The notes below the pieces were generated by a model that saw only the letters and a program-made list of their open reading frames with translations, made no database searches and was not told the origin of the DNA. Below, one piece after another: positions 50,071 to 59,806 of a DNA stretch of 64,000 nt (positions within the stretch are counted from its first letter, which is position 1; each line of letters begins with the position of its first letter). The translations under genes and the position numbers were made by a program. Origin of the DNA: Nitrosarchaeum sp. (GTDB lineage: Archaea; Thermoproteota; Nitrososphaeria; Nitrososphaerales; Nitrosopumilaceae); contig OZ245020.1 of assembly GCA_965223865.1 (NCBI GenBank), positions 480,001 to 544,000 on the forward strand. Reading direction: 5' to 3'.

Positions 50071-50093
50071 TGGTACATTTGATGCATGTACCA
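50071..50093. promoter_or_regulatory. Palindrome TGGTACAT-N7-ATGTACCA (GTAC-N11-GTAC)
   Basis: Perfect 8-bp arms in intergenic DNA; same motif as 38001 and 46972. Confidence 0.55.
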
Positions 50094-50139
50094 GATTTGT
50101 TTGTGTATATTTTTATTATAATTTCAAACTAGAAAATTT

Positions 50140-50946
50140 ATGAAAGCTGCTATTGTACAATTCAACGCATCAACAAACAAAGAAACAAATCTAAAAAAAA
50201 TTATAGATTACATTACCAAAGCAGCAAAAAACAAAGCAAGCTTAATTGCTTTTCCGGAATTTATGATGTTTTACACAAATTCATCACAAACACCAAAACA
50301 ACTTGCAGATTTAGCAGAAACAATTACTGGGAATTTTGTTACCACTATTGCAAAAACTGCAAAAGAAAATCATATTCAAGTTATAGGTTCTTTTTATGAA
50401 AAGAGTAATAAAAAAGATCGTGTATATGATACTTCATTTATAATTGATAAATCAGGTAAAGTTATCTCAACTTATAGAAAGATTCATCTCTATAATGCAT
50501 TAGGATTTCGAGAATCAGATAAGATAGTGTCAGGTTCAAAAATTACAAAACCAGTAAAAACATCAATTGGTAAAATAGGTATGATGATTTGTTATGACTT
50601 GAGATTTCCTGAAATGGCAAGATCCCTTGCAGTATCTGGTTCTGAAATTTTGGTTGCACCATCTGCATGGGTAAAAGGAAAAGGAAAAGAAGATCATTGG
50701 ATTACAATAAACAAAACACGTGCAATGGAAAATGGTTGTTATGTGATTGCCCCTGATCAAGTTGGAAACATATACTGTGGTAGAAGTATTGCAGTAGATC
50801 CATTTGGTCAAGTCTTACTTGACATGCAAAAAAAACAAGGAATTGCTTATGTTGAAATTGAATTAAACAAAGTAAAACAAACCCGCAAAGTTTTACCGTT
50901 ACTAAAAAACAGAAGAACAGACATATATCCTACTTTGAAGACTTAG
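50140..50946 (+). CDS. Carbon-nitrogen hydrolase (nitrilase superfamily, Nit-like amidase)
   Basis: FPE, YRKIHL and ICYDLRFPE catalytic triad. Confidence 0.94.
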   Translation: MKAAIVQFNASTNKETNLKKIIDYITKAAKNKASLIAFPEFMMFYTNSSQTPKQLADLAETITGNFVTTIAKTAKENHIQVIGSFYEKSNKKDRVYDTSFIIDKSGKVISTYRKIHLYNALGFRESDKIVSGSKITKPVKTSIGKIGMMICYDLRFPEMARSLAVSGSEILVAPSAWVKGKGKEDHWITINKTRAMENGCYVIAPDQVGNIYCGRSIAVDPFGQVLLDMQKKQGIAYVEIELNKVKQTRKVLPLLKNRRTDIYPTLKT

Positions 50947-51397
50947 GTTTTCTGCTATTACAATTAAAGTTTGAACATTGTTTTGTCCATTTTTGATTTT
51001 TGGAATATCTAAAAATAACAATTGGCCAACTACAAACATTACAAGCTTTCTTTGTTGCCCGAAGCTTGGCTTTCTGTAAAAGTGGAGATGAAGCTTTACA
51101 TCCACCGTAAAAATTCGAGCACCCAATGAAACGTTTTCTTGTTGCTCTGGATCTGATTATCATTAATTGTCCTAATTTACATTCAGGACATTCAACAAGT
51201 CCTTTCTTTGGAGAATTTGTTCCCAAAATCATATACTTTTTGTCTTTTGATGACCACGAAAGAAATCCATTGGCATCTAGATACTGTGTGATCTCTTTCT
51301 TGAAAACATTGGTCTTTGACTTTGTATTTTTTACAACATGTCTGTTTGTTTTCTTTTTGACTTGAATTGTCTGAAGTTGAGTCTTTTTTAGCAACAT
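50930..51397 (-). CDS. Topoisomerase I C4 zinc-finger domain protein
   Basis: CPEC...RFIGCSNFYGGC...CNVC...CSNFNC. Confidence 0.85.
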   Translation of the reverse strand: MLLKKTQLQTIQVKKKTNRHVVKNTKSKTNVFKKEITQYLDANGFLSWSSKDKKYMILGTNSPKKGLVECPECKLGQLMIIRSRATRKRFIGCSNFYGGCKASSPLLQKAKLRATKKACNVCSWPIVIFRYSKNQKWTKQCSNFNCNSRKPKSSK

Positions 51398-51452
51398 TTC
51401 CTATGATGAATTTACTAAAACGATTTTTATAGGGATTAAGTCATGGAGATTT

Positions 51453-52607
51453 GTGGAAAAGGTTTGTGTTCTTGGTGCCGGTAGCACGAAATATGGAAAA
51501 TTACCTGATAGCATTGCAGATATCACTACTCAGGCGTCAGTTTCAGCAATAGAAAGCGCAGGAATTGACCCAAAAGAAGTCAAAGCATCCTATATTTCTA
51601 ATGTATTTGGAGTTGCTGATAAACAGGTACATATCGGACCTGTTTTAATGAGTAGGCTGGGAATTCCAGATAAACCATCTTTAACAATAGAATCTGCCTG
51701 TGGAAGCGGCTCAGTATCATTTAGAGAAGCTTATGCAAATGTTGCGGCAGGATTTTATGATTGTCTACTTGTAACTGGAGTTGAAAAAGTAACTCATACT
51801 GGAACCGAATGGACAACAACATACTTTGCATATTGTTCAGACTTTTTCTACGAAGGTCAAGCTGGTGCATCATTTCCTGGATTGTTTGCATCGATGGCAA
51901 GAGCTTACTTAACAGAGTTTGATGCAACTGAAGAAGACTTTGCAAGAGTTGCAGTAAAAAATCATGACAATGGCGTACTAAATCCAAAAGCTCACATGCA
52001 GAAGAAAATTACAGTTGATGATGTAATGAATTCTGCAGTTGTTGCTAGTCCTCTAAAACTTTATGATTGCTGTCCATTTTCAGATGGTGCAAGTTCTGTA
52101 ATATTGTGTTCAGAAAAGTTTGCAAAAGAACACGGTGGAGATTATGTTGAAGTAATTGGTTCAGGTAGGGGTGGTTCACCAGCTGCATTACAAGGTCGTG
52201 AACATATGACTACAATTCCAAGTACAAAGATTGCAGCTGAATCTGCATACAAGATGGCAGGAATTACTCCAAAAGATGTTGACTTTGCAGAAGTACATGA
52301 CTGCTTTACAATTGCAGAAGTTGTAGATACAGAGGACTTGGGATTCTTTGAAAAAGGAAAAGGTATAGAAGCTGTTCGTGAAGGTAAAACAAAATTAAAT
52401 TCTGACATTTCAATAAATCCATCAGGAGGTTTAAAATCAAAAGGACATCCAATCGGAGCTACAGGTGTAGGTCAAGTAGTAGAAGTATTCGATCAACTAA
52501 CTGGTAAAGCTGGTGAAAGAACTGTTAAAGATGCAAAGATTGGTTTAACCCATAACTTTGGTGCAACTGGAGCAAGTTGCGCTGTTCATGTATTCCAGAG
52601 TGTATAA
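51453..52607 (+). CDS. Archaeal acetyl-CoA acetyltransferase (thiolase)
   Basis: ESACGSG, EVHDCF, GHPIGATG. Confidence 0.95.
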   Translation: MEKVCVLGAGSTKYGKLPDSIADITTQASVSAIESAGIDPKEVKASYISNVFGVADKQVHIGPVLMSRLGIPDKPSLTIESACGSGSVSFREAYANVAAGFYDCLLVTGVEKVTHTGTEWTTTYFAYCSDFFYEGQAGASFPGLFASMARAYLTEFDATEEDFARVAVKNHDNGVLNPKAHMQKKITVDDVMNSAVVASPLKLYDCCPFSDGASSVILCSEKFAKEHGGDYVEVIGSGRGGSPAALQGREHMTTIPSTKIAAESAYKMAGITPKDVDFAEVHDCFTIAEVVDTEDLGFFEKGKGIEAVREGKTKLNSDISINPSGGLKSKGHPIGATGVGQVVEVFDQLTGKAGERTVKDAKIGLTHNFGATGASCAVHVFQSV

Positions 52608-52608
52608 A

Positions 52609-52974
52609 ATGTCTATTGAAGAGCAATTGATTGAAATTGCTAAGCAAGGTAAACTCCTAACTCACAAATGTACTAACTGTGGTTATCTACATTTATCTAC
52701 TGCCTATTATTGTCTAAAATGTGGTAGTAAGGGATTTGAGGATGTCATTTTAGAGGGTACAGGTACTGTTGCTACTTATACCATAATTACCGTCGCTCCT
52801 GCAGGCTTTGAAAAATACACACCTTATGCCTTTGTAGTACTCAAATTAGATAATTCAGACCTTAGAATTTCAGGATTTATGGGAGGAATTTCCACTCCTG
52901 CAGATCTTCCAGTTGGAACAAGGGCAAAAATCACCGGTTTTGATGAACGCGGTATCCTAATGGAAAAGCAGTAA
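52609..52974 (+). CDS. DUF35 Zn-ribbon/OB-fold thiolase partner
   Basis: CTNC...CLKC, GTVATYT, PYAF; immediately after the thiolase. Confidence 0.92.
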   Translation: MSIEEQLIEIAKQGKLLTHKCTNCGYLHLSTAYYCLKCGSKGFEDVILEGTGTVATYTIITVAPAGFEKYTPYAFVVLKLDNSDLRISGFMGGISTPADLPVGTRAKITGFDERGILMEKQ

Positions 52975-53044
52975 AATTATTTGTTTGAATTATTAAAAAA
53001 ATTCTGAATCGATTCTTAATTATTTTGAAAATTTGATTATTTTC

Positions 53045-53206
53045 ATGTCTGTTGAAGTAACATGTGGAAAGTGTGGAGAAAAGATCACAAACATGAAGAT
53101 GCTAAAATCATTAAAAGATGTAATGAATCCCTATAGTGGAAAATGTCCATCCTGTGGACAGAAGTTATCAAATACTGAATTTTCTCTTGATGTCCAAGAA
53201 AACTGA
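53045..53206 (+). CDS. CPxCG-type zinc-finger microprotein (53 aa; not in the ORF track)
   Basis: MSVEVTCGKCGEKITNMKMLKSLKDVMNPYSGKCPSCGQKLSNTEFSLDVQEN*. Confidence 0.85.
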   Translation: MSVEVTCGKCGEKITNMKMLKSLKDVMNPYSGKCPSCGQKLSNTEFSLDVQEN

Positions 53207-53357
53207 TCTAAATACTTTTCCTATTTGATTACTATAAACTTCAAATGTTATACAAAAATTTTGATTGAAACCAAAACTGATCTAAATACTTTTCCTATTT
53301 GATTACTATAAACTTCAAATGTTATACAAAAATTTTGATTGAAACCAAAACTGATCT
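53199..53357. repeat. Perfect 74-bp tandem duplication (2.15 copies)
   Basis: Units start AAAACTGATCT at 53199, 53273 and 53347. Confidence 0.95.
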
Positions 53358-53499
53358 TAAAGTTTTCTTTTTTGATCTTTGAGAATATAAAATATATTAA
53401 AAAATTTTTGAAATTTTGTTTTCTGATCTAAAACTGATCAAAATTCTACTAATATGATCTAGTCACAAATCTTATTTAGTCCTAATTTTTAGCAAAAGC

Positions 53500-55590
53500 A
53501 TGGTATTGAGTGAAGTAACAGAACCAAAGAGAAGTGGAATTCTCCAATCAACATCAAAACGTGTTAGAATGATCTTTTCTGTAATGGCAAGTCCTAACAG
53601 AATAGATATTTTGAGAATATTAAATTCCAAAGGACCTTTGACTTATTCAGAATTAAAATCCCTAGCTGGATTCAAATCAAAAAAAGAGAGTGGTAAATTT
53701 GCCTATCACTTAAGAAAACTATTGAGACAATCTCTTGTTGCCCTAAACAAGTCTGAAAGAAGATACACAATCACAAATCTTGGAAAACTTGTTTTAAGCT
53801 TGGCAAGACAGATTGAAGAAAGATCAATTATTGAAAGCGGAAAAATGTATGTCCGAACTTCACATGAATCAATTGAAGAATTTAATTCTCATAAGATCAT
53901 ACAATCACTTGTCAGAGAAGGAAGTCTTCCATTAGAATTAGCACAAAAAATTACTGAAGAAGTTGAAAATAGAATTTACAAATATCAGACTACCTATCTT
54001 ACAGGCTCACTTATTAGAGAAATGGTCAATTCTGTGCTACTAGAGCATGGTCATGAGGAATATCGTAACAAATTGGCACGCCTAGGCCTGCCTGTTTATG
54101 ATGTTCAAGAGATGCTGACAAATCTAGATAATGTTGATAATGGAGCAGAATGTCTGCTTTTCAATACTGGTCAAAGAGTATTCGCTGAACATCTTCTTAC
54201 AAACATATTGCCAAAAGATGTTGCAGATTCTCATCTTTCAGGAGATTTACATATTACAAATCCAGGAATTTGGTCAATGATTCCTGATACGATATTTGTT
54301 AATGTTAAAGAATTAATTGATGACGGAATTGATCTTGGAGGAAAATATCTTGATGTATCAAGAATTCCCACATCAAAATCACTTGATGAAATTACTTCTT
54401 CACTATCTGTTATTATTTCTCTTCTTTCAAAAGAAGCATCACAAGAGATCGTACTAGAAGGAATTACTCAATTATTTACGAAACATTCAAAAAATCTTGA
54501 AGAACTAGAACAAAAACTTACAAACACATTTGCTACTGCTTCTACAACATCAAAATATAGCAAAGAAAGTACTCATGTTTCAATTAGATTACAACTAGGC
54601 TCCGATACAAAGATCATTAATGCAATTATTAATGCATACAAAAATTACACAAAGATTACACCAAACCCAAAGATTGGTTTGATCATTGATTATGAAAAAG
54701 GAAAAATCTTTGATGTATCAGAAGTACTTGCTGAAATCATCTCAATTGGTGGTAAAGTAATGTTTGCTAAAGGACAAGTATCAAGTCATGGTATAACAAA
54801 TCCTACAACAAAGAGCTCTGGCCCCTTATCAATAACATTACAATCAGTTTCAATTAATCTTCCAAGACTTGCATTTGAATCTAACAAAGATGAAACATAC
54901 TTTAGAGCAAGACTCGCACTATTAATGAAACCAGCATTAGCATCAATGGCATTAAGAAAGAAAGAGATATCTGACCTTACTAGAAGAGGACTCAATCCAA
55001 TACTTGCAAAGAATACTCAATTTATGCAAAGAAGTTCAATGTCACTAAATGTTAATCTCGTTGGTCTAAAAGAAGCTGTATACAATATTCTTGGTTTTCA
55101 AGATAACAAAGAAGGAAAAGAAATTCTTCACAAGGTAATTGAGACTGCAGTAGATGTTGGTGCTAAAAAGGGCAAAGAGATTGGAGATCCTGTAGCCATA
55201 TCCATGACTGAAACTGAAGGCTCTGTGAGGTTTGCCAGTCTTGACGGTGAGAAATACGGCAAGAATTCTGCCCTCAACTCTATGGAAGGCGACTCTTATT
55301 CACAAGGTATAGTAATTAATGCCTCTGAAATAGCCGAATTTACGAACAAAAGTGAGCCTATTGCTGAATGTAACAAATTATCTAAACTGCTTAATGGTGG
55401 TTTACTTGTTACCTTACAAATAGACAAGGATGTCAAATCTGCTGATATCAAAAAATTTATTGAAAAGGCATCAGAGATAACAAATTCATTCCAACCTAAA
55501 AAACATGTGGCAATTTGTGGTGAGTGTGGTTTCAAAGATGAACCATTTGAAGACAAATGTCCAAAGTGTAAATCACCTTACGTTGTCTGA
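53500..55590 (+). CDS. ArsR-like wHTH + ATP-cone + degenerate class III ribonucleotide reductase (NrdD-like) fusion
   Basis: wHTH (RIDILRIL...FAYHLRKL...YTITNLG), ATP-cone (EEFNSHKIIQSL...IREMVNSVL), NrdD barrel motifs (HLSGDLHI, SINLPRLA, VGLKE, RFASLD), C-terminal CxxC...CPKC; no glycyl-radical loop. Confidence 0.85.
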   Translation: MVLSEVTEPKRSGILQSTSKRVRMIFSVMASPNRIDILRILNSKGPLTYSELKSLAGFKSKKESGKFAYHLRKLLRQSLVALNKSERRYTITNLGKLVLSLARQIEERSIIESGKMYVRTSHESIEEFNSHKIIQSLVREGSLPLELAQKITEEVENRIYKYQTTYLTGSLIREMVNSVLLEHGHEEYRNKLARLGLPVYDVQEMLTNLDNVDNGAECLLFNTGQRVFAEHLLTNILPKDVADSHLSGDLHITNPGIWSMIPDTIFVNVKELIDDGIDLGGKYLDVSRIPTSKSLDEITSSLSVIISLLSKEASQEIVLEGITQLFTKHSKNLEELEQKLTNTFATASTTSKYSKESTHVSIRLQLGSDTKIINAIINAYKNYTKITPNPKIGLIIDYEKGKIFDVSEVLAEIISIGGKVMFAKGQVSSHGITNPTTKSSGPLSITLQSVSINLPRLAFESNKDETYFRARLALLMKPALASMALRKKEISDLTRRGLNPILAKNTQFMQRSSMSLNVNLVGLKEAVYNILGFQDNKEGKEILHKVIETAVDVGAKKGKEIGDPVAISMTETEGSVRFASLDGEKYGKNSALNSMEGDSYSQGIVINASEIAEFTNKSEPIAECNKLSKLLNGGLLVTLQIDKDVKSADIKKFIEKASEITNSFQPKKHVAICGECGFKDEPFEDKCPKCKSPYVV

Positions 55591-55804
55591 AATCCGTAAA
55601 TGAAAAACTTGTTCCGATCTTTTCAGAAAAGATTTTGATCCTTTTCAGATGTCCGATCATCGTTATTTATTAACAAAGTTATGCCATTATGAAATTCATA
55701 GTAGCGGTGTAAAAAATATTGACTCATGAACGCGACAAGATCAAAATTTTTCGAGCACACAAGTTATATCCACATTCATCATATGCCTTGCGGGGAGATT
55801 ATAA

Positions 55805-58456
55805 TTGGATAATTCACAAATAGAAAATACTATCAATGAGATCCGTAAGCGCAGTGGCGCAGTAACGGCTTTCAATAAAGATAAAATTTCAAATGCCATT
55901 TACAGGGCATTGGCAGCCACCTCTAAAGCCGATCGTGGCCTGGCTGATCAACTCGCAGCAAAAGTTGTTGATAAATTAGTAGAACAAGGATTTACAAGCT
56001 CGCGAACACCTAGTGTTGAAGATATTCAAGATATTGTAGAATCAACTTTAATCGATAGCGGTAACAGCGATATCGCAAAAGCATACATCGTCTATAGACA
56101 TGAAAGAAGAAAATTAAGAGATGAAAAAATGAAAATCTTAAACGCAAAGAATCTAGATCCAGTATCCAAGAAATTTGATCTAAACTGCTTGAGAGTATTA
56201 GCATCTAGATATCTTTTCAGAAATGGAAAAAATGAGATCATTGAGACACCGACTGAAATGTTTGAAAGAGTGGCAATTTTAGTTGGTATAGGTGACCTAT
56301 TGTATGATGCTCAATTATTTGACAAGTCAGGGAACATTACTCAAAACATCGATGAAGCAACAACATACCTTGAAAAACTAGACAACTTTAATTACAAATT
56401 CAAAATTGGCAACTACTTTCTAAACAAGTGGCATTTCCGATCCTTGATCAATCATTATGTTACTCTTGCTAGCAAGGGTCAGATGAAAATGAGTTTCAAA
56501 GATCTCTTGACAATGATTGCAGCCAAGAAATTCGATAATTACGAAGATAAAATTACCGAATACTTTGATCTGATGACCTCTCAAGATTTCCTGCCAAACT
56601 CACCAACAATGATGAATGCTGGTGGAAGACTAGGTCAGCTTTCTGCATGTTTTGTACTTGGAATGGAAGATGGAATGGAAGAGATCATGAAATCAACCTC
56701 TGATGCAGCTCTGATCTTCAAATCAGGAGGTGGAGTCGGAATTAATTACTCCGATCTACGTGAAGAGGGTGATATCGTAGCATCAACATCGGGCGTTGCA
56801 TCAGGACCAGTGTCTTTCATGAATATTATCAACACTGTTACTGAAGTTGTCAAACAAGGTGGTAAGAGAAGAGGAGCCAATATGGGCATTATTGAGGCAT
56901 GGCATCCCGACGTTGAAAAGTTCATTACAAACAAAACTGAACCCGGTGTTCTTGAGAACTTTAATGTTAGTGTTGGAGTTTGGGAAGACTTTTGGCATGC
57001 ACTTGTAAACACTGATGACGGTAAGTACATTCTTAGAAGTCCACGTGATAAAAAACCTGTTAGAGAAATTAATGCACACCAACTAATTGATTTGATTGCA
57101 TTATCTGCATGGAAAAGTGCAGAACCTGGATTGATCTTCTTTGATCAAATTAACAAATACAATGTGTTTGCAAAAGCAAGACAAAATCCACTAAGAGCAA
57201 CAAATCCATGTGGAGAACAAAGTCTCTATCCATACGAATCATGTAATCTTGGTTCTATCAACTTGGTAAATCTTGTAAAAAGAAAAGCTGATGGAGAATA
57301 CGAATTTGATTGGCAGAGATATGAAGAAACAATTAGAAAGACCACAAGATTCCTAGATAACATTATTGATGTAAATCATTATCCAGTACCAGAAATTAAT
57401 GTAGCATCAAAAGAATCAAGAAGAATTGGATTAGGTGTAATGGGGGTTGCAGATTTACTATACAAACTACGAATTCCATACAACTCTAAAGAAGGATATG
57501 ATCTACAATCAAAATTATCTGAAGCACTAACATACTATTCCATGGAAGAAAGTGTTGCCCTTGCAAAATCTCGTGGTGAATTCCCACTATGTTCCAAGAC
57601 AGAATATCCTGAAGGAAAGATCCCTGTTGCAGGTTATTATGAAAAGCCAAAAGAACTACACTCCTACGAATGGGATGCACTAATTGAAAAAATCAAGAAA
57701 CATGGAATTAGAAATGTTCTGACAACAACTGTTGCTCCAACAGGTACACTGTCTATGATTGCAGATTGTTCAAATGGAATGGAACCTGCATTTGCTTTAG
57801 TGTTTGAAAAGAGAGTTACTGTTGGAAGATTTTTCTATACTAACAAAATCATTGAAGAAGTCCTTAAAGAAAATGGTCTATACACAGATGAAATATTAGC
57901 CAAAATTGCAGACAATTATGGTTCTCTTAAAGGAATTCCTGAAATTCCAGAATGGATGCAAAAAGTCTTTGTAACTGCAATGGATATTCATTGGGCAGAT
58001 CATCTCATAGCACAATCTGTATGGCAAGATTGGATTGGAAATGCAATAGCCAAGACCATTAACATGCCTTATGATGTTACTGCAGAAGATGTAAAATCTG
58101 CATATCTATTGGCTCATGAACTAGGTCTAAAAGGAATTACAGTATATCGTGATGGCTCGAGACACAAACAAGTACTCCACATGACAAGTGAAAATGCAGA
58201 AAAAACATTTGATGTAACGCCAAGTCAATACGTTACAGATTATGTTACCACAAAAATAACAAATCCATATATCAAATCCCAAGTTAATGCTGCACTTGCA
58301 TTAAAAATTCATGATGAGGAAATCAAATCAGAATCTCATCAAACTGAAGAAATCTCTGAAGAACGCTTATGTCCAACATGCAAAAACAATCTTGTCTTTG
58401 TAGAAGGTTGCAGTATTTGCATTGAATGTGGATTTAGTGGTTGTACTTCAGGATAG
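55805..58456 (+). CDS. nrdJ: Adenosylcobalamin-dependent (class II) ribonucleotide reductase with ATP-cone
   Basis: PNSPTMMNAG, QLSACF, TNPCGEQ, CNLGSINL, APTGT, KGITVYRDGSR, C-terminal Cys cluster. Confidence 0.97.
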   Translation: MDNSQIENTINEIRKRSGAVTAFNKDKISNAIYRALAATSKADRGLADQLAAKVVDKLVEQGFTSSRTPSVEDIQDIVESTLIDSGNSDIAKAYIVYRHERRKLRDEKMKILNAKNLDPVSKKFDLNCLRVLASRYLFRNGKNEIIETPTEMFERVAILVGIGDLLYDAQLFDKSGNITQNIDEATTYLEKLDNFNYKFKIGNYFLNKWHFRSLINHYVTLASKGQMKMSFKDLLTMIAAKKFDNYEDKITEYFDLMTSQDFLPNSPTMMNAGGRLGQLSACFVLGMEDGMEEIMKSTSDAALIFKSGGGVGINYSDLREEGDIVASTSGVASGPVSFMNIINTVTEVVKQGGKRRGANMGIIEAWHPDVEKFITNKTEPGVLENFNVSVGVWEDFWHALVNTDDGKYILRSPRDKKPVREINAHQLIDLIALSAWKSAEPGLIFFDQINKYNVFAKARQNPLRATNPCGEQSLYPYESCNLGSINLVNLVKRKADGEYEFDWQRYEETIRKTTRFLDNIIDVNHYPVPEINVASKESRRIGLGVMGVADLLYKLRIPYNSKEGYDLQSKLSEALTYYSMEESVALAKSRGEFPLCSKTEYPEGKIPVAGYYEKPKELHSYEWDALIEKIKKHGIRNVLTTTVAPTGTLSMIADCSNGMEPAFALVFEKRVTVGRFFYTNKIIEEVLKENGLYTDEILAKIADNYGSLKGIPEIPEWMQKVFVTAMDIHWADHLIAQSVWQDWIGNAIAKTINMPYDVTAEDVKSAYLLAHELGLKGITVYRDGSRHKQVLHMTSENAEKTFDVTPSQYVTDYVTTKITNPYIKSQVNAALALKIHDEEIKSESHQTEEISEERLCPTCKNNLVFVEGCSICIECGFSGCTSG

Positions 58457-58478
58457 AAAATTGCATTCGAAAATTTGA

Positions 58479-58500
58479 GTTATCACGTATACTTGATAAC
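58479..58500. promoter_or_regulatory. Near-perfect 22-bp palindrome GTTATCACGTATACTTGATAAC
   Basis: One mismatched pair; directly abuts the structured element at 58502. Confidence 0.45.
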
Positions 58501-58501
58501 C

Positions 58502-58578
58502 GGTAGGCGGTTAAGATCTGCGAGTTAAGGATTGGTAATCCGGTTGCAGGTTAATCCAAGCCAAAGGAGCCACCTACC
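58502..58578 (+). ncRNA. Candidate structured non-coding RNA of unknown class
   Basis: GC-rich island with three nested stems (GGUAGGCGGUU/AGCCACCUACC; GAUCUGCGA/UUGCAGGUU; GGAUU/AAUCC); G-U pairs favour the + strand. Confidence 0.5.
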
Positions 58579-58686
58579 ATTATCTTGATTACAAATCTTA
58601 CAATTTACTTCAATAAAGGTACTGTGCATATTTTTCGATCACTATAATCATAACTTTTTTAGACCAACCATTCAGTCTGAGTTCAT

Positions 58687-59805
58687 ATGGATAAAAAGAT
58701 CCTAGGTATTGGTACAGGAATTGCAATAATAATTGCAATAATTGCTATAACCATGAGTACTCCAGCATCAGAACCAATAACAACTCAAACTAATGAAAAA
58801 ATTGGTCTGGTAATCAATCCACCAAATCAATCTGTATCATTACAACAAATTGATGAAATTTTTTCAGAGGCAGCATCAACTGGTATAGGAAGAAGTAATG
58901 CCTACCTCTTTTGGAATATTATGGAACCACAAAAGGGAAAATTTGATTGGAGTCAATCTGATGTTATTATGGGATTAAATGAAAAAAATAATCTCAAAGT
59001 TACACTTTACTTTTCAATAATTAACGGAGATACTCTAGGTCCATTTCCAGATTGGATTGGAAAACCATCTATTAACGCAATAAGTGAAGATAGTCTTGTA
59101 AATGTTCTTGATGCAATTCTTATGAGATATCATATTGTTGACACAGTAATCATTGCAGGTGAGACAGAATCTCAATTTCGTTACTATGAACAAAACATTC
59201 CAGTATACAAGGAGCTATTTTCTAGAGTTTATGAGAAACTAAAACAAAAATATCCTGATGTAAAATTTGGAAATTCTTTTGCATTACATCATGTAGTAAA
59301 CAAAAATTTACAGCATATTGTCACTGATTTGGCAATAGGTGATTTTGTGGCATTTTCGTATTCTCCTGTAGATAGTCTAAATGAGATTGTAAAAACCTCT
59401 CAAGAAGCAAAAAAAGATCTGAACAAAATATTTGAATTGTCTCCAAACAAAAAAGTAGGATTTTTTGAGATTAGTTGGAGCACGTCAGATTTTGTGAATG
59501 GAACTCCTGAATCTCAGAAAGATTTCCTAGAAAAATCATTTGAATTTTACTCTGAAAATGAATCAGAGATAGAATTTTTTACATGGTATAGACAATATGA
59601 CAGACCAGAAGGAACATGTGTTACTGAACAACAAGATGTTGGTGGTACTAGTATTAGTGTTGGAGGAGGTTCTGGTTTGGGTAGCAGCGAATATGTTATT
59701 GAAAGATTAAACTACTACGTTTGCAATGCTGGTATGATTGATGTTAATGGAAATCAAAAACCTGGATGGAATGAATTTAAAAATCAAATAGAAATGATCA
59801 ACTAA
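58687..59805 (+). CDS. Membrane-anchored glycoside-hydrolase-like TIM-barrel protein
   Basis: N-terminal TM; WNIMEPQKGKFDW, AFSYSP, FFEISWST resemble clan GH-A motifs. Confidence 0.65.
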   Translation: MDKKILGIGTGIAIIIAIIAITMSTPASEPITTQTNEKIGLVINPPNQSVSLQQIDEIFSEAASTGIGRSNAYLFWNIMEPQKGKFDWSQSDVIMGLNEKNNLKVTLYFSIINGDTLGPFPDWIGKPSINAISEDSLVNVLDAILMRYHIVDTVIIAGETESQFRYYEQNIPVYKELFSRVYEKLKQKYPDVKFGNSFALHHVVNKNLQHIVTDLAIGDFVAFSYSPVDSLNEIVKTSQEAKKDLNKIFELSPNKKVGFFEISWSTSDFVNGTPESQKDFLEKSFEFYSENESEIEFFTWYRQYDRPEGTCVTEQQDVGGTSISVGGGSGLGSSEYVIERLNYYVCNAGMIDVNGNQKPGWNEFKNQIEMIN

Positions 59806-59806
59806 A

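Noticed and set aside
53199-53357. Tandem repeat as a CRISPR array
   Set aside because: Units are contiguous and identical with no unique spacers
53500-55590. Functional anaerobic ribonucleotide reductase nrdD
   Set aside because: Lacks the finger-loop Cys, the glycyl-radical motif and a neighbouring activase
58502-58578. Twister ribozyme, fluoride riboswitch or H/ACA RNA
   Set aside because: Only fragments match (UAA, AAGCC, CCUAC); the required stems, the GGCGAUG leader and the ACA box are missing
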